A DNA stretch of 64,000 bases, from assembly GCF_009914755.1 (NCBI RefSeq), contig NC_060929.1; one strand, given 5' to 3'. A program made the translations under genes and the position numbers. Source of the stretch: the human T2T-CHM13v2.0 reference genome, Homo sapiens. The notes beneath the pieces are model-generated. The model did no database searches. It saw only the letters and a list, made by a program, of their open reading frames with translations, and was not told the DNA's origin. Below, piece after piece: positions 1 through 11,120 of this stretch (positions are counted from its first letter, which is position 1; the number at the start of each line of letters is the position of its first letter).

Positions 1-1619
1 CACGCATGTGAGGAAGAGGAATGGGCACTCAGGCCAGGCCAGCTCTCTGAGCAAAATGGAGCTCCTTCACGCTTCCCTTCCCGGCCTGACCACACAGGCT
101 GCAGAGCACAGGGGCCCGCTTAAGGCCTTCAGGGAAGATGGCCTCCCCCAACATCATCTGTGAACCTCATCTCCAAGCTCAGAGCTTCCTCCCAGGTGGG
201 GTTGCCCCTTCTCAGAGCTCCAATTTCCCCATCAGCCTTGGGCCGTATATCTTCCCCTTCTTTCTACGGGCTGCTTTATAGCTTGCTGGAAACACCTTCC
301 CTTAGCACTTCGAAATGTATCACTTGAAAGCATCTTAACGTTAATCAATGTGATTCTTTTTTAATTTGAAGGGGCTTATTTCTCCAAATGGCTTTCCTGA
401 TCTTATAGGAGGGCATGCTCTCTAATATTAAACTTTTTCTTTAAAAAGAGCAAAAAAAATGACTCACATCTGTTTGATATTTAATTCAAATTGAATGGCA
501 GGACAGGAACGAAATTACACTGCAAAGGGCCATAAAGCGTGATGTTTAAAAGAGCCAAGCATACCAAACCTACATGCCAGAAAATTTGAAATGACAAAGG
601 ATTGAGGGGGTGTGGCCTGGGCAATGGAGTATCTCCTACCCAGAAGCTGGAGGGGAAGTAGCCAAGCTGGGGGAAGGTGGGAGGTGGGAGAAGGTCTCAT
701 TTTGCACGGGAGGACTTTGTGGGGGCTGGTTTCCAGCCACATGTGAGTTTGGGGGTCTGGGATCTGAGCCCCAAGCAGAGGTCCTGGAATCCAGTGCTGG
801 CTGCTCCATGTTGCGGGGCGGGGTGGTGGCCTGTCTGGGGATCTCCAAGGGGCTGCTGGGTAACGCTGCATGCAGCCTGGGTGGTCAGCCAGGCACTGTC
901 CAGCTCTCGGTGTCCAGGAGGCCTTGGGGTTTGGCTACAGCTCAGAGAATTGAGTTTAAAGCCCTTCTGCTGCCTTCTGATCAGTTTAGCAGAGACACCA
1001 ACATCCTGTGTCCCGGAGGGCAGAGAAATGGGTGGATCTCAGAGAGCTGTGTTTTCCTCCAATCTTGGAAGGAAGGCACCCTCTGAATGTCACTGCCCCC
1101 GAGCTCTGTGACAGAAGTCCTAGGAAAGAAGTGAGTGTGACCTCTTACTTAATATTCCCTTAAAGCCAGAGGGCCGAGTCCAGGCCTGGCACAGGCACTC
1201 CAGTTGTGAACCGTGTCTGGCGATGCCTGTAAGGTGAGCTTTGACAGTGGAGTGCAGTCAGAGCTTGTGTGCTGGTGTGGGCTGCCCCTCACCAAGGCCA
1301 CGAAGGGAGGGGTGGAGACAAGAGAGGGGTTTAGAGTAAATCAAATGCCAGCTGAGTGGGCTTGGCCTCCCTTTCCCTCTCTGATCCTGTTTCCTCATCT
1401 ATACCATGGAATGGCTTAACATCCTCAAAGTTATTTTAAATATCTAGTATGATAAATATAAATGAATTCACTTTTAAATAACAAAATATTGTACGTGTTT
1501 CTTAGAATGGTAACTCTGGCCTTTCCAGGGCTTCTGCTTAGGTACCAAGTTTATTTCCAAGACATTAACTTGTTTTTCCAGCCAGCACTTGAGCACAAGG
1601 GTCTGGAACTTTTTCCATG

Positions 1620-2057
1620 CAGTGGTGCGCTGGAACTGTCTCACAGTGTTTGATAAAAGCTGATTGTTAAATGATTAAATTATATTTAATGACTCATTAA
1701 ACCGTTAAATTTTTAATGTAACTAAGTTATTAACAATTATATGAACTTATGGCAAAATGATATTAAATACAAAGTGAATAAATAAATCAAAACTCACTGC
1801 TTCCTAATTATTTTACTATACCTTACTATATCTATGGCCTTGGGGCTATTTACACTGATTGTATCTGTGTGGTGGGAATGCCACATGATGGTGGGCTTAC
1901 TGTGTGTCTCTTTCCAATTCCACATTCAGTGATGTCATTTTGATACCTTGAAGTTGACTGTGGTAAGACAATTTACATCACGGACATCAGCAAACACTAC
2001 AATCAGAGCGCCTCTGCCACTCAGAGAGCTGCTAAACATTTGTCAGCACAATTCTGT
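1620..2057. mobile_element. MER63-family DNA transposon remnant (hAT-Blackjack)
   Basis: Starts CAGTGGTGCGCTGG and ends GAGAGCTGCTAAACATTTGTCAGCACAATTCTG (degenerate TIRs). The AT-rich interior is MER63-like. Confidence 0.65.
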
Positions 2058-2465
2058 CTGTAGAGATGGGCAAAATGAAGTGTGCAGAGCTCCTGGTGAC
2101 TTTCTCAGAATCGCTCAGCCATGCTGAACGTCTTCCTTTCAATCCAGTGCTTTCTTCATCAGACTTAGCTGTTCCAGCCTTCTCAGGAACTTGTGGCCAG
2201 CTCTTACGGCATGCATCCCTTTATCCAGAACACTCTGACCTTCCCAGCATGCTCCCCTACCATTCCTCTAGTGGGGTCGCTTCTCTGCTTCTGTTTTCCT
2301 CTGAGCTAAGCCAAAATATTCACTCCGGTGTGTAAAGCGGGCTGAGAATCTCAAGTGGAAGTATTTTCCCTTTCTATAACTGTGGAGCAAAACTCACAGC
2401 TCATAATTATCATGTGGTTTTCTAACCAACACTTTACCTGGGGTGCTTGACAGAGCCCAGAGGCA

Positions 2466-2613
2466 GGTGTGTGTGTGTATGTATGCATGTGTATATACAT
2501 GTGTGTGTGTGCATGCAGGTGTGTGTGTATGCATGTGTGTATGTATGGATGGATATGTGTATGCAGGGGTGTGTGTGTGTGTGTGTATGCGTGCGTGTGT
2601 GTGTGTGTGTGTG
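2466..2613. repeat. Degenerate (TG)n/(TATG)n microsatellite
   Basis: ~150 bp of near-continuous alternating purine-pyrimidine sequence. It is the source of the VCVC/THTH ORFs. Confidence 0.95.
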
Positions 2614-5401
2614 TTGGGGAATGGAGAGGGGAAGGAGAAGTCAGACCACATGAGGCTTTCTGATGTTTTGGCTTGAATTCTGCACTGCAACCACAGACCC
2701 TGTAGGCCCAGGGGAAGAGGAACGTAAAACTGAAAGACAGAGACCCCCGAGGATTAGCTTCCTGCCTTGGCCTCCAAGAGTGTCCACAGGGGACGACCAT
2801 GTGTTTCCCAGTAATGAGGCCCAGCGCTGGATCTGGAAGCCTCTAACGTCAAGCTTCCAGCCTGCCTGCTTCTAATACTCCCGGGGCAGCTCTCCAAGTT
2901 TGGGAGCTCTGGACCTTGTGCGTGTATTTCTGAGTGGGAAGGGCTGGGTGGTCGTGTCACACCAAGGAGACGAGGCCCATCTGGAAACAGGAAACCCTGT
3001 TGGCAGGTAGCAGAGGGATGGGGTGTGGGGCCCTGCGTGGCCCTGCTGGAATTTGCCATGGGCTTCCGGGCTCAGGGTCCCCTGGATACCGTGGTTCCAT
3101 TCACTGAGCAAGACCGCTGACCCTTCCTCTTCTCACTCAGGGCACTTATTTATTTAAAATATATTTTCCCCTTTTTGTCAGGAGCTGTATTGTGGTTTGA
3201 CTGAGGTTCTTCTCAGAGCTTTGACCCTAGTGGTCTGCTTTCACCCCACCCAAATTCTTCCTCTCAACTCTCTCTCCTGTCAAGAGAGCCCTGACTGAGG
3301 ACCTACTGTGTGTAGGTGGCTGCTCACCTACAGACATGTCCAAGACGGCTTCTGCCACAGGCAGGGCTCTGCCTGCCAGTGGGAGGTTCCAGCCGACTGG
3401 CATGTGAAATGGGCCCAGCCCTGCACCTGGCACACTCATGTTGTGTTTTTCATCTTCACAGAGGTGAGATAGGTACTCATAGTATCCCCATTGTATAGGT
3501 GAGGGAAAAGTGGCTTGGGGGAGGAAGGAAGTTTCTGGATTCTGTAAGTGGAAGGCAGTGGGATTTGGGCCTGTTGGCTTCCTGAGGACAGGTGTCTCTG
3601 CCCTGCCCTCTGCCTATCTCGGGAGCTGGTGTTCAAAGCAGGGCATCTGGGTGAGTTGTGTGTGGGTCCAGCCAGGCTGTACCTGGGTCTTCTCTGTGCT
3701 TCATCTGTGGTACTTGCCCTCCTCCCTCCATCCTTACAGATGCTGAAGGTCACATAGGTTGGGGTGACAATGATGGTGGGGACCTATGTTTGCCCCTCAG
3801 GAGTCCCTGCAGGGTGGAGTCCTCTGTAGTGTGGCCTCTCCTTCCTGCTCTCCCTACTTGGTGGCCACCCCAGGGCCCCAGGCGAGGCTGAGGGGCACTG
3901 ACATGGCCATGGTCTCTGTACTGGCCATTTGGCTGTTTGTCGTCAGGACCATGATTCTCTCTTTCATCCCCTGCTCTGTACTGCGGGGAAGTTGACCCCT
4001 GGAGGCTGCATTTCTCAGGCTTGCCAGTCAGCTTTCCTCTGGCTGGCTTCAGCCAATGGGGTTTGGGGGGCCAAAGAAGGAGAGAAGCCAACGTATTCAT
4101 TCCTCTGTCAGCCTGTCAAGTGGAATCACCTCATCAGCTGCTGGCGGCAGCTGCCTCTCCTCTGTGGCTCCTCTCCCTCTAGGTCCCAGCTACCATAGGG
4201 GGCCTCCATGGTATTCTAGCCCTGGGCTGGACATTCCCCACTGTGACTCCAGTAACACCCCCTCTCAGTTGCGCTCCAGCCTGGAGCCAGCAGTGGGAAC
4301 AATCTCTGTTAATCTCTGAATTACATTCCCTATTTGGCTTCTCAGTGATTCCCTACCCAATTCCCTGAATTACATTTTTTGCATACTTAGACTGGCTTTT
4401 GTATTTCTGACTGGATCCTGAATGATAGGCCTCCCACTGAACAAGGTGACTTAATAGGGTCCATGTTCAGCCCATCTGTAGCAAGCCCTCTGAGCAAATG
4501 ACATCATGACAGCCCCTGATCCCTCAGAGAAGCAATTATGGAAACCTCGTGTCTGGCTGCCTGGCTGTGCTCTCGCTCCAAAGGCCTATGCCTCTGCCTT
4601 ATTCTGAAAACTCCCACCTCTATCCCCTGCCTCCACATCTTTAAAGGAAAGCAAGGCAAACATCGCAGCCAGGCCCCCTTCCAGCAGTTAGAGTGCTTGG
4701 CTCAGAGCCTGGGCCCTCCTGCCGGCCTTACTTGGGACCTGCTGCATGTGAACTGTGTTGTCAGGTAACACACAGGGAGGGTCAGAGAAACGGGAGAGGG
4801 GGAAAGAGAGCCTAGAGCCTCCTCCACAGCCCCAGTCTCCACAGGTTTTCTCCTCATTCCTGGACTGATTTGATTTGGATTCAAATCTGCCTGTACTCGG
4901 ACTCCTTCCTGGCCAAATGCCTGGAGCTGGGCCCTTTGCTGCCAGCACCCCTTAAAGAAGTGGGCATGGTTGGGGAATGGAGGGCATTTCCTCTGGAAAG
5001 AAAAGGCAGAGGAACCAGTAATGGCCCAGGAGTGCTGATATCCTTACTGGGGTGCACATTTTTGTGAAATGAGACCCCTTGCCAAATAGAACTCTAAAGT
5101 TCCTTCAATTCACATGCCTAGAGAAGAAAATAATCAAACTCTTCTGTCAGGGATCACCTGGCTCCCCACATCCCCTCACTTAGGATGTTTTATTCCCACT
5201 GGAGCATGTGATTGGAAAACAAAGGTAAATAGGAGCAATTGATTCCCGGATCCTTTTTTTTCCCCAGCAGGATTAAAGCTGCCTCAGCCATAAAGAGTTT
5301 ACAAACTCTAAAGAAAGATAATAACTTCCCTTCTCACGGCCCGGTCATGGGGAGGCAATGCATGTTTCCAATCAGCTGAGAATGTAACTCAAATGGTAGG
5401 T

Positions 5402-5407
5402 TTTATT
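5402..5407 (-). terminator. Distal polyadenylation signal (AATAAA) shared by DCANP1 and long TIFAB transcripts
   Basis: Plus-strand TTTATT at 5402-5407, the first AATAAA I found on the minus strand downstream of the DCANP1 stop. Another lies at 5189-5194. Confidence 0.65.
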
Positions 5408-7229
5408 TCACTTTAATCCGCCTGTGAGTTCACGTTAAAGGTAAGAGGAATCACAGCCCTGCAATTCAAATAGGGTTCATTAAATTCGGCATCTCCTCTT
5501 AACTGGGCTGGGTTGTTTACTCCTCCCACAGTCTTGGATGGGTTTTGAGGGTCTGGTGCGGTGTCCGGTGAACGGCTGCAATGCAGGTTAGGCTGCCACC
5601 ATGAGGGAAGCTGGAGGGAGGACCTGTTAACCTCATGGTACTGTGGCGACATCAGCCACCACTACGTGTCACGGGGTGGATGCTGAGGAAGAGAAAACAG
5701 AGCAGAGCTGGAGAAGTTCGTACAGTAGATACAGTGGAAGACAGGTGGCCCAGCTGGCAGCCCACTGCAGGGGTGGTGGAGGTCGCAATGCGCTGTCCCC
5801 ACCACATGGAGCTTGCTTGCCTCCGCACCTCTTTGCTGGCTGCAGCCTTGCTGCTCAGTGGGCGGTTGTGGAAAGAATCGGTTCTCAGTTCCCATTCCAG
5901 CTCTGCTATTTAGACACCGGGAGACCTGGAAACAGCCCCTTGACAAAGTCTTGCTCTACACGTTTCTGTAGTGACCGTCCATTTGAAGGGATAGGGAAAT
6001 ATTCCCTCAGTGTCCTGCTGTGAAACTGTTAAAGCCACCCATCCTATGAAACTCACTCCTTTGGGTTAAGCATCACGTTCTCAGTCCTTTCCTGTGTGGA
6101 TGGAGTGTTGGCACAGTGAGGCGGGTGTTGCAAGTGGACGCGTCGGGGGTGGTCTGCACGGGCTGGCCTGCATAGCCCAGGGGTGGAGAGAGGGGTCAGA
6201 CTAGAACCTATGGAGACTTGGTGGGCAACAGGCCTGGGCTCAGTCCAGCCAGCCCAACCTCTGATTGCTATCCTCAGAGCCCCTCCAGGGTCTCCTTGGC
6301 AGGGGCTGTCCCCTATGAGCCTCTGCAGGGGACAGGAAGTGCTGACTGAGAACTGTCTCTCTGTGACATGCACCCTGTCAAATCCATAAACCTTCCTCAG
6401 CAGTCACCACACAGAATCCCAAAACCCCAGGGTTCTGCTTGAGTTAGAGCTACAAAGTCTCAAGGACTAGAAGGAAGCACCAGCCTTGTTCTGCCCCAGC
6501 TAGAGGGTCTGCGCTGCCCCAGCCAGAGGGTCTGTGCTGTCCCTGCTGAGGCCTACAGGAGGCAGAGACATTCACCTCCACTTCCTGTCTGCCCATGGCT
6601 TCGCGGCCTTCTCACCCCAGCTGGCCAACTGGCTTCCCACCACTATGGGCCTCGCACTGCCCATGCCGGGCCTGAGGGGCCTGGCTCAGACTTTAGTATC
6701 CAAGGGGACTGCTGCCTTGACCACCAGAGCCCCCCCGTCTGTGCATCTGTCCTCTGTTCAGCTCTGGAAAGGCCACCGGGAACACAAGAGCCAACAACCC
6801 ATGGCCTTTGTCTGCAAGGAACTTGAGGTCTCACCGGGCAGACAGGCACGGAGTGAGTGCTCCACCATGGGCCTCCCTTCCTCCAGGTTGCATCCAGGAC
6901 TATGCTGTCTAGCGTGTCTGCTGTGACTTCCTCATGGCAGAGCCCCACACTGTGGCTGTTTATGGAGCATTTGCAAGTCTCCCTCGAGGGGAGCCCGTGT
7001 CTCTCACGGACAGCTTGGCAAGATTCACATTCTTGGAAAAGCAGAGGAATGCGAGGGTTAAAATACCTTAAAGGGCAAGGAGATGATTTCTAGATTTCCA
7101 GACAATGTCTCAGAGAATTGTAGTGCTCTGGGGTATGCCTGAATGTAACTAATGTAGCTCCTTTTGTGCCTGAGTGTAGACTGGGTCCATGTGCCTACAT
7201 GCATTCAGTTCCTCCCACCAAACTGGACA

Positions 7230-7455
7230 GTGATAGCTAACCCTGTTGACCCTTATGTCTGGGTGCCTTAAATTTGTGATGCCTCAAACTGACCTTCACA
7301 ATGACTCTAAGGAGGTAAGTACTGTGAACTTTCCCGTTTTCTACAAGAAGAAACTGTGGCACGGAGAGATTCAGTTACTTGTCCAGGATCACAGAACTAT
7401 AGTAAGTGGGGGTGGGGACAAGAATTCTAACCCAGGCAGCAGTCTGACCAGAGGG
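7230..7455 (-). mobile_element. MIR SINE
   Basis: Core motifs CACAATGACTCTAAGGAGGTAAG, TTTTCTACAAGAAGAAACTGTGGCACGGAGAG and ACTTGTCCAGGATCACAG. Confidence 0.6.
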
Positions 7456-7544
7456 CCCTAGCTGGGAGCAGCGTTCATGTGCACTGTATGTTCGTGTTTA
7501 GTGTATGTCTGTGCATACTTGCGTGTGTGCACACGCACACATGT

Positions 7545-8279
7545 TCACTCAGGCACGTGGGCTGCCCTGCGGTGGGAGCTGAGAGAATGCAGTGGAGGTT
7601 GTTGGGAGGAACTCACCCGCCTGCTCTGGCTGTCTGAGCAGGTGAGGGATAGTGATATCAAGTGCGAAGACCAGGCCCTGAAGCCAGCCTGACGGTTCCA
7701 GCTGTTAGGAGAAAGTGAAGGTGGGTGCCATGGATCTGATGATTTCAGTGATTTTCTACTCAAGAAAAATGAAGTCTCGGATGGGCAGAGCTTAACTGCC
7801 TTAAAAACTTGGTACAGGGCAAGGTGTGAGTTTCCCGGTGAGACTGTGTGAACTGTGAACGGGTAGAGTCTGAAACTACAAACCAGATGTTTCCGGGCTC
7901 CCTCCCGCCTGGTCTGGCCTGTCTTCCTTCTGCTGCTATGCAGTTCATCCTGGGTCCCTGAGGGCCTCGCAGATGCTTCACTCGAAAGATTGGAGTTGCA
8001 GAGTCCCCTGTGGAGGAATTGAACTGCCCCCTCTCGCAGGACCCCAGCTGGCAAGGTTTTGTTCCTCCCTGGAGGGTAGAGACCCTCACTGAGGCCCTGG
8101 AGAGGGGCACTCAGGGGCAGCAGCTCATTCCCAAAGTTCTCTGGTGGAGCTGGGGAGTGGCACCCTGGGAACTCTGGGGTTTCCCCACCAGCTCCTCTCT
8201 CCAGTCTTTGGTGTCCAGGTACAGTCTCCAGGCCGTGGCTTCTCGAGTTCTGTATGTGGGTTGCTGCTCCGTAATGCAT
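7545..8279 (-). CDS. DCANP1: Dendritic cell-associated nuclear protein 1 (C5orf20/DCNP1), 244 aa, intronless
   Basis: Longest ORF in the window. [27 protein letters not shown]...RRAAHVPE matches the annotated human DCANP1 protein as I recall it. It is Ser-rich with no recognisable domain. Confidence 0.88.
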
Positions 8280-8589
8280 AGTTGGGGGACCATTTTGGTC
8301 AGTGACAGATCACTGCTGCTTTTCATCAGACCAAAATACATGTGGCTTCTTCTCCTTGCCAGCCCTACCAGGGCATCTCCCATTATACTAACCCTGCCTA
8401 TTGGACCTTCTGATGCAAGGAGCAGATTAAAATCCCCTCCCTGTTGCCTACCAGGTCCGTGGCTACAACTAAATCCCTAGTTGGGGAATCACAGAGCACA
8501 GGTAAGCCCTTGGGTTCTGGAGCCAGCTTACTGGGGTGTGAGTCTTCCTTAGCTCCGTGTGGATGGTGAGCCCTCCTCTCTCAGGTCTC

Positions 8590-8885
8590 ATGATAGTAGC
8601 TAACCCTTATTAAGTGTGTGCTGGGCACTGATTGAATGCTTTACAGGTGTCACCTTCTAAGACCCTCGTAACTCTAGCAGGTAGTACTATTATCTTACCC
8701 ATTTTCCAGCGGGAGAAATAGAGGCAAGAGCAGACTAAATCACTTGCCCAAATCGCATAGCTACTGATGGTGTGATGTTGGGCAAGATATGTAACCTTTC
8801 CAAGTCTCAGTTTCCTTATCTGTTAAGTGCAGTTAATACACACAGCACCTAGCAGAGTGCTAAGCACATGGTAGGCACTCAACAG
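8590..8885. mobile_element. MIR fragments (opposed orientations) just upstream of the DCANP1 ORF
   Basis: CCCATTTTCCAGCGGGAGAAATAGAGGC...CACTTGCCCAA, followed by TTGGGCAAG...CTCAGTTTCCTTATCTGT...GGTAGGCACTCAA. Confidence 0.6.
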
Positions 8886-10056
8886 GCAAGGCCACTTAAC
8901 AAGAGAATGTGAGCCCAGCTGGAGGAGAGAGAAAAATACAATGACTATAGCACTAATCATAGTAGTGATCAAATAAGTAATGCACTCCTGAATGCTTGAC
9001 TTTCCTGAGTGCAAGGTAAACTCCCTGAGGGAGTTTGCCTTATTCACTTCTGGTTCAGTTCCGTGGCTTTGCACAGATCTGGCACAAGGTGGGTGCTTGG
9101 TGAAGGTTTGCTGAATGAATGAGGAACTGCTTTGGGGGTCCCAAGGGGTCATTCACAGCATCAGAGAGCCCCTTCCTAGCAGCCCTGCTCTCCCTGCCTT
9201 GTGGCTGTGATCTGAGTGTTTTTGCTTCATCCCTATTGGAGAGGAAGCTTCCCACACCAGGGCAAGCCTGGGTCTTGCCCACCTCTGTTTTCCTGATGGA
9301 GAAGATGCTCAGGGCCTGTGAGTGAAGTTGGACCTCCTTGTAGCTTGCCCTGGGTGCAAAACGATCATCCTTTTGGGCAGAAAACAGAAATTGTTGACAG
9401 CTACAGACCCAGAGATTCGAGTCAGCCAGGGGAACAGGGCTGTGCCCTTGGTGCCTCAGATTCCCTGGAGAGTGGGGTCTGGGATCATGGTGACCATGTA
9501 GATCCCTCCCTGCATCACACTAGTGAACGTTGTTTCTAAACCACACTCTCCCCTTCTCAGCATGGCGTGGCAAATAGCTGCTGCCCTTGTTCACCGAGAA
9601 AATCCTCCTGCCCTTGGCGTACCTGGCTCCTAACGAGTCCCTTATTTGGAAGGAATTCCCCCACCCCCATTGGTGTGTGACTCACCCTGAGCGAAATAAC
9701 TGCTGGGCTGAGTTCTTACACAAACCCCCACCCCATCCCCTCATTCCCTAAAGACCTTGCCCTCAAGTCAACCAAGGCCTTGATCCAGAAGTGACAGAGA
9801 ATGCGGAGTGTGAGGATGAGGATGATAAGGGGGACAATGAATTTCCAGGCAGGCCCAGCTCCCAGCTCCCATCCTCAGGAAACCCTGAGCCCTGCCTGCA
9901 TCCTTTCCAGAAATGTGAGTCCCACCTTTCCAATTTCCTCTTACACCTCGTCTATATTTCCCACCCCCACGTCTGCATGACAGCGTGGCGTGCATGTGGC
10001 CCATCTGGGGATCAGGGAATCCTATTGGGTATGCCAGCTTAATGAAATACTTGCAG

Positions 10057-10062
10057 TTTATT
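10057..10062 (-). terminator. Proximal polyadenylation signal (AATAAA) for the short TIFAB 3'UTR
   Basis: Plus-strand TTTATT at 10057-10062, ~560 nt downstream of the TIFAB stop. Confidence 0.65.
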
Positions 10063-10624
10063 ACACTCAGGCTTTCCTAAGCCCCGCGTGCCTGTGGGTA
10101 TTTGAAAGCTGAAGGTAACCCCAAGCTACCACAAATGTAATTGTTACATGTGTCCACGCATTCCTGGTGCAACCTCAAACTCCTGCTCTTAAGCAGCACA
10201 CAAAATGAACCACATAAAGTAACTCCTAGTCAGACAACAGGGAGAAATGTGTGGAAATGCTGAGAGAGGCTCCCCAGAACCCCTCAGGGCCTCTAAAAGT
10301 ATATGATGTTCCCATTACATTGCATAGCTCTGGCCACAGAGGGTGCTTCTCCCCCCTGGGCTGTTTGTTCGGTGTTTGCAGAATTGGTTCATTATGAGCA
10401 AGGCAGCCAGTGGGTTTTGCTTGTCAACCTTGCATGATGCAGCTCAAGTATTTCAAATCCTGTTTCATCTAGCAAAGGCTTGCTCTAGTGGCAGGGCTAG
10501 CAGAGTGCACTGTCTGGGGGTTCCCTCTGGAGCTGTATTTCTGTTCCTCCTCCAGGTCTTGGCTGGAGAGGGCTGTCCCAAGTCTGGGAAGGGCCGTGGA
10601 GAAACCCCAGGCAACCTGGATCTG

Positions 10625-11110
10625 CTACCCTGAACCAGGGGGAGGCTGCCCCTGGGAGATGCCTTCCCATTCGTCAGTTTCCTCAGCCTCAGGTCTGTAA
10701 ATCAGGGGTGAAGGGCTGACATGGAAATAGCAGACAAAAGCCTCCAGGGATGTGCCTTCTTCTACGCGAACCAGCATCTGGATGCCTGAGAAGGAGACCC
10801 TGTTGACGGTGCTCAGGGGGACCTGCTCCAGGTACCTCAGCGTCAGCCCATTGACCCACACACAGCCCTTGCGGCTCAGGGCCTTGAGGCAGAAGGCCAG
10901 CAGGGCACTGCCTTTCTCCAGGTAGGGCTCCAGGGACAGGTGACGGCGGGAGAGGCGAGGGAGCTGCAGCTGGAGGTGGGCGTCCTGCCCCCGTCCGAGA
11001 AGCAGAGGGCTGGTATCATGCTGCAGCCGTGGTGGGACATTGGCAAAGGCAGATGGGCCCAGCGTGGGATGGTACAGGCTCACTCGCAGGACGGTGAGGG
11101 GCTTCTCCAT
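10625..11110 (-). CDS. TIFAB: TRAF-interacting protein with FHA domain B (161 aa), single coding exon
   Basis: The ORF translation from MEKPLTVLRVSLYHP to QGQPPPGSG matches human TIFAB as I recall it, with FHA motifs LLLGRG, LSRRH and VWVNG. ATG at 11110-11108 (context TTCTTCCATGG) and TAG at 10627-10625. The ORF-track extension to 11143 runs across a splice acceptor. Confidence 0.97.
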   Translation of the reverse strand: MEKPLTVLRVSLYHPTLGPSAFANVPPRLQHDTSPLLLGRGQDAHLQLQLPRLSRRHLSLEPYLEKGSALLAFCLKALSRKGCVWVNGLTLRYLEQVPLSTVNRVSFSGIQMLVRVEEGTSLEAFVCYFHVSPSPLIYRPEAEETDEWEGISQGQPPPGSG

Positions 11111-11120
11111 GGAAGAAGTC

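Noticed and set aside
2351-2800. His/Thr- and Val/Cys-rich ORFs
   Set aside because: Translations of the TG microsatellite.
8010-8480. 156-aa plus-strand ORF antisense to DCANP1
   Set aside because: GTG start, no recognisable domain and no transcript signals; a shadow ORF.
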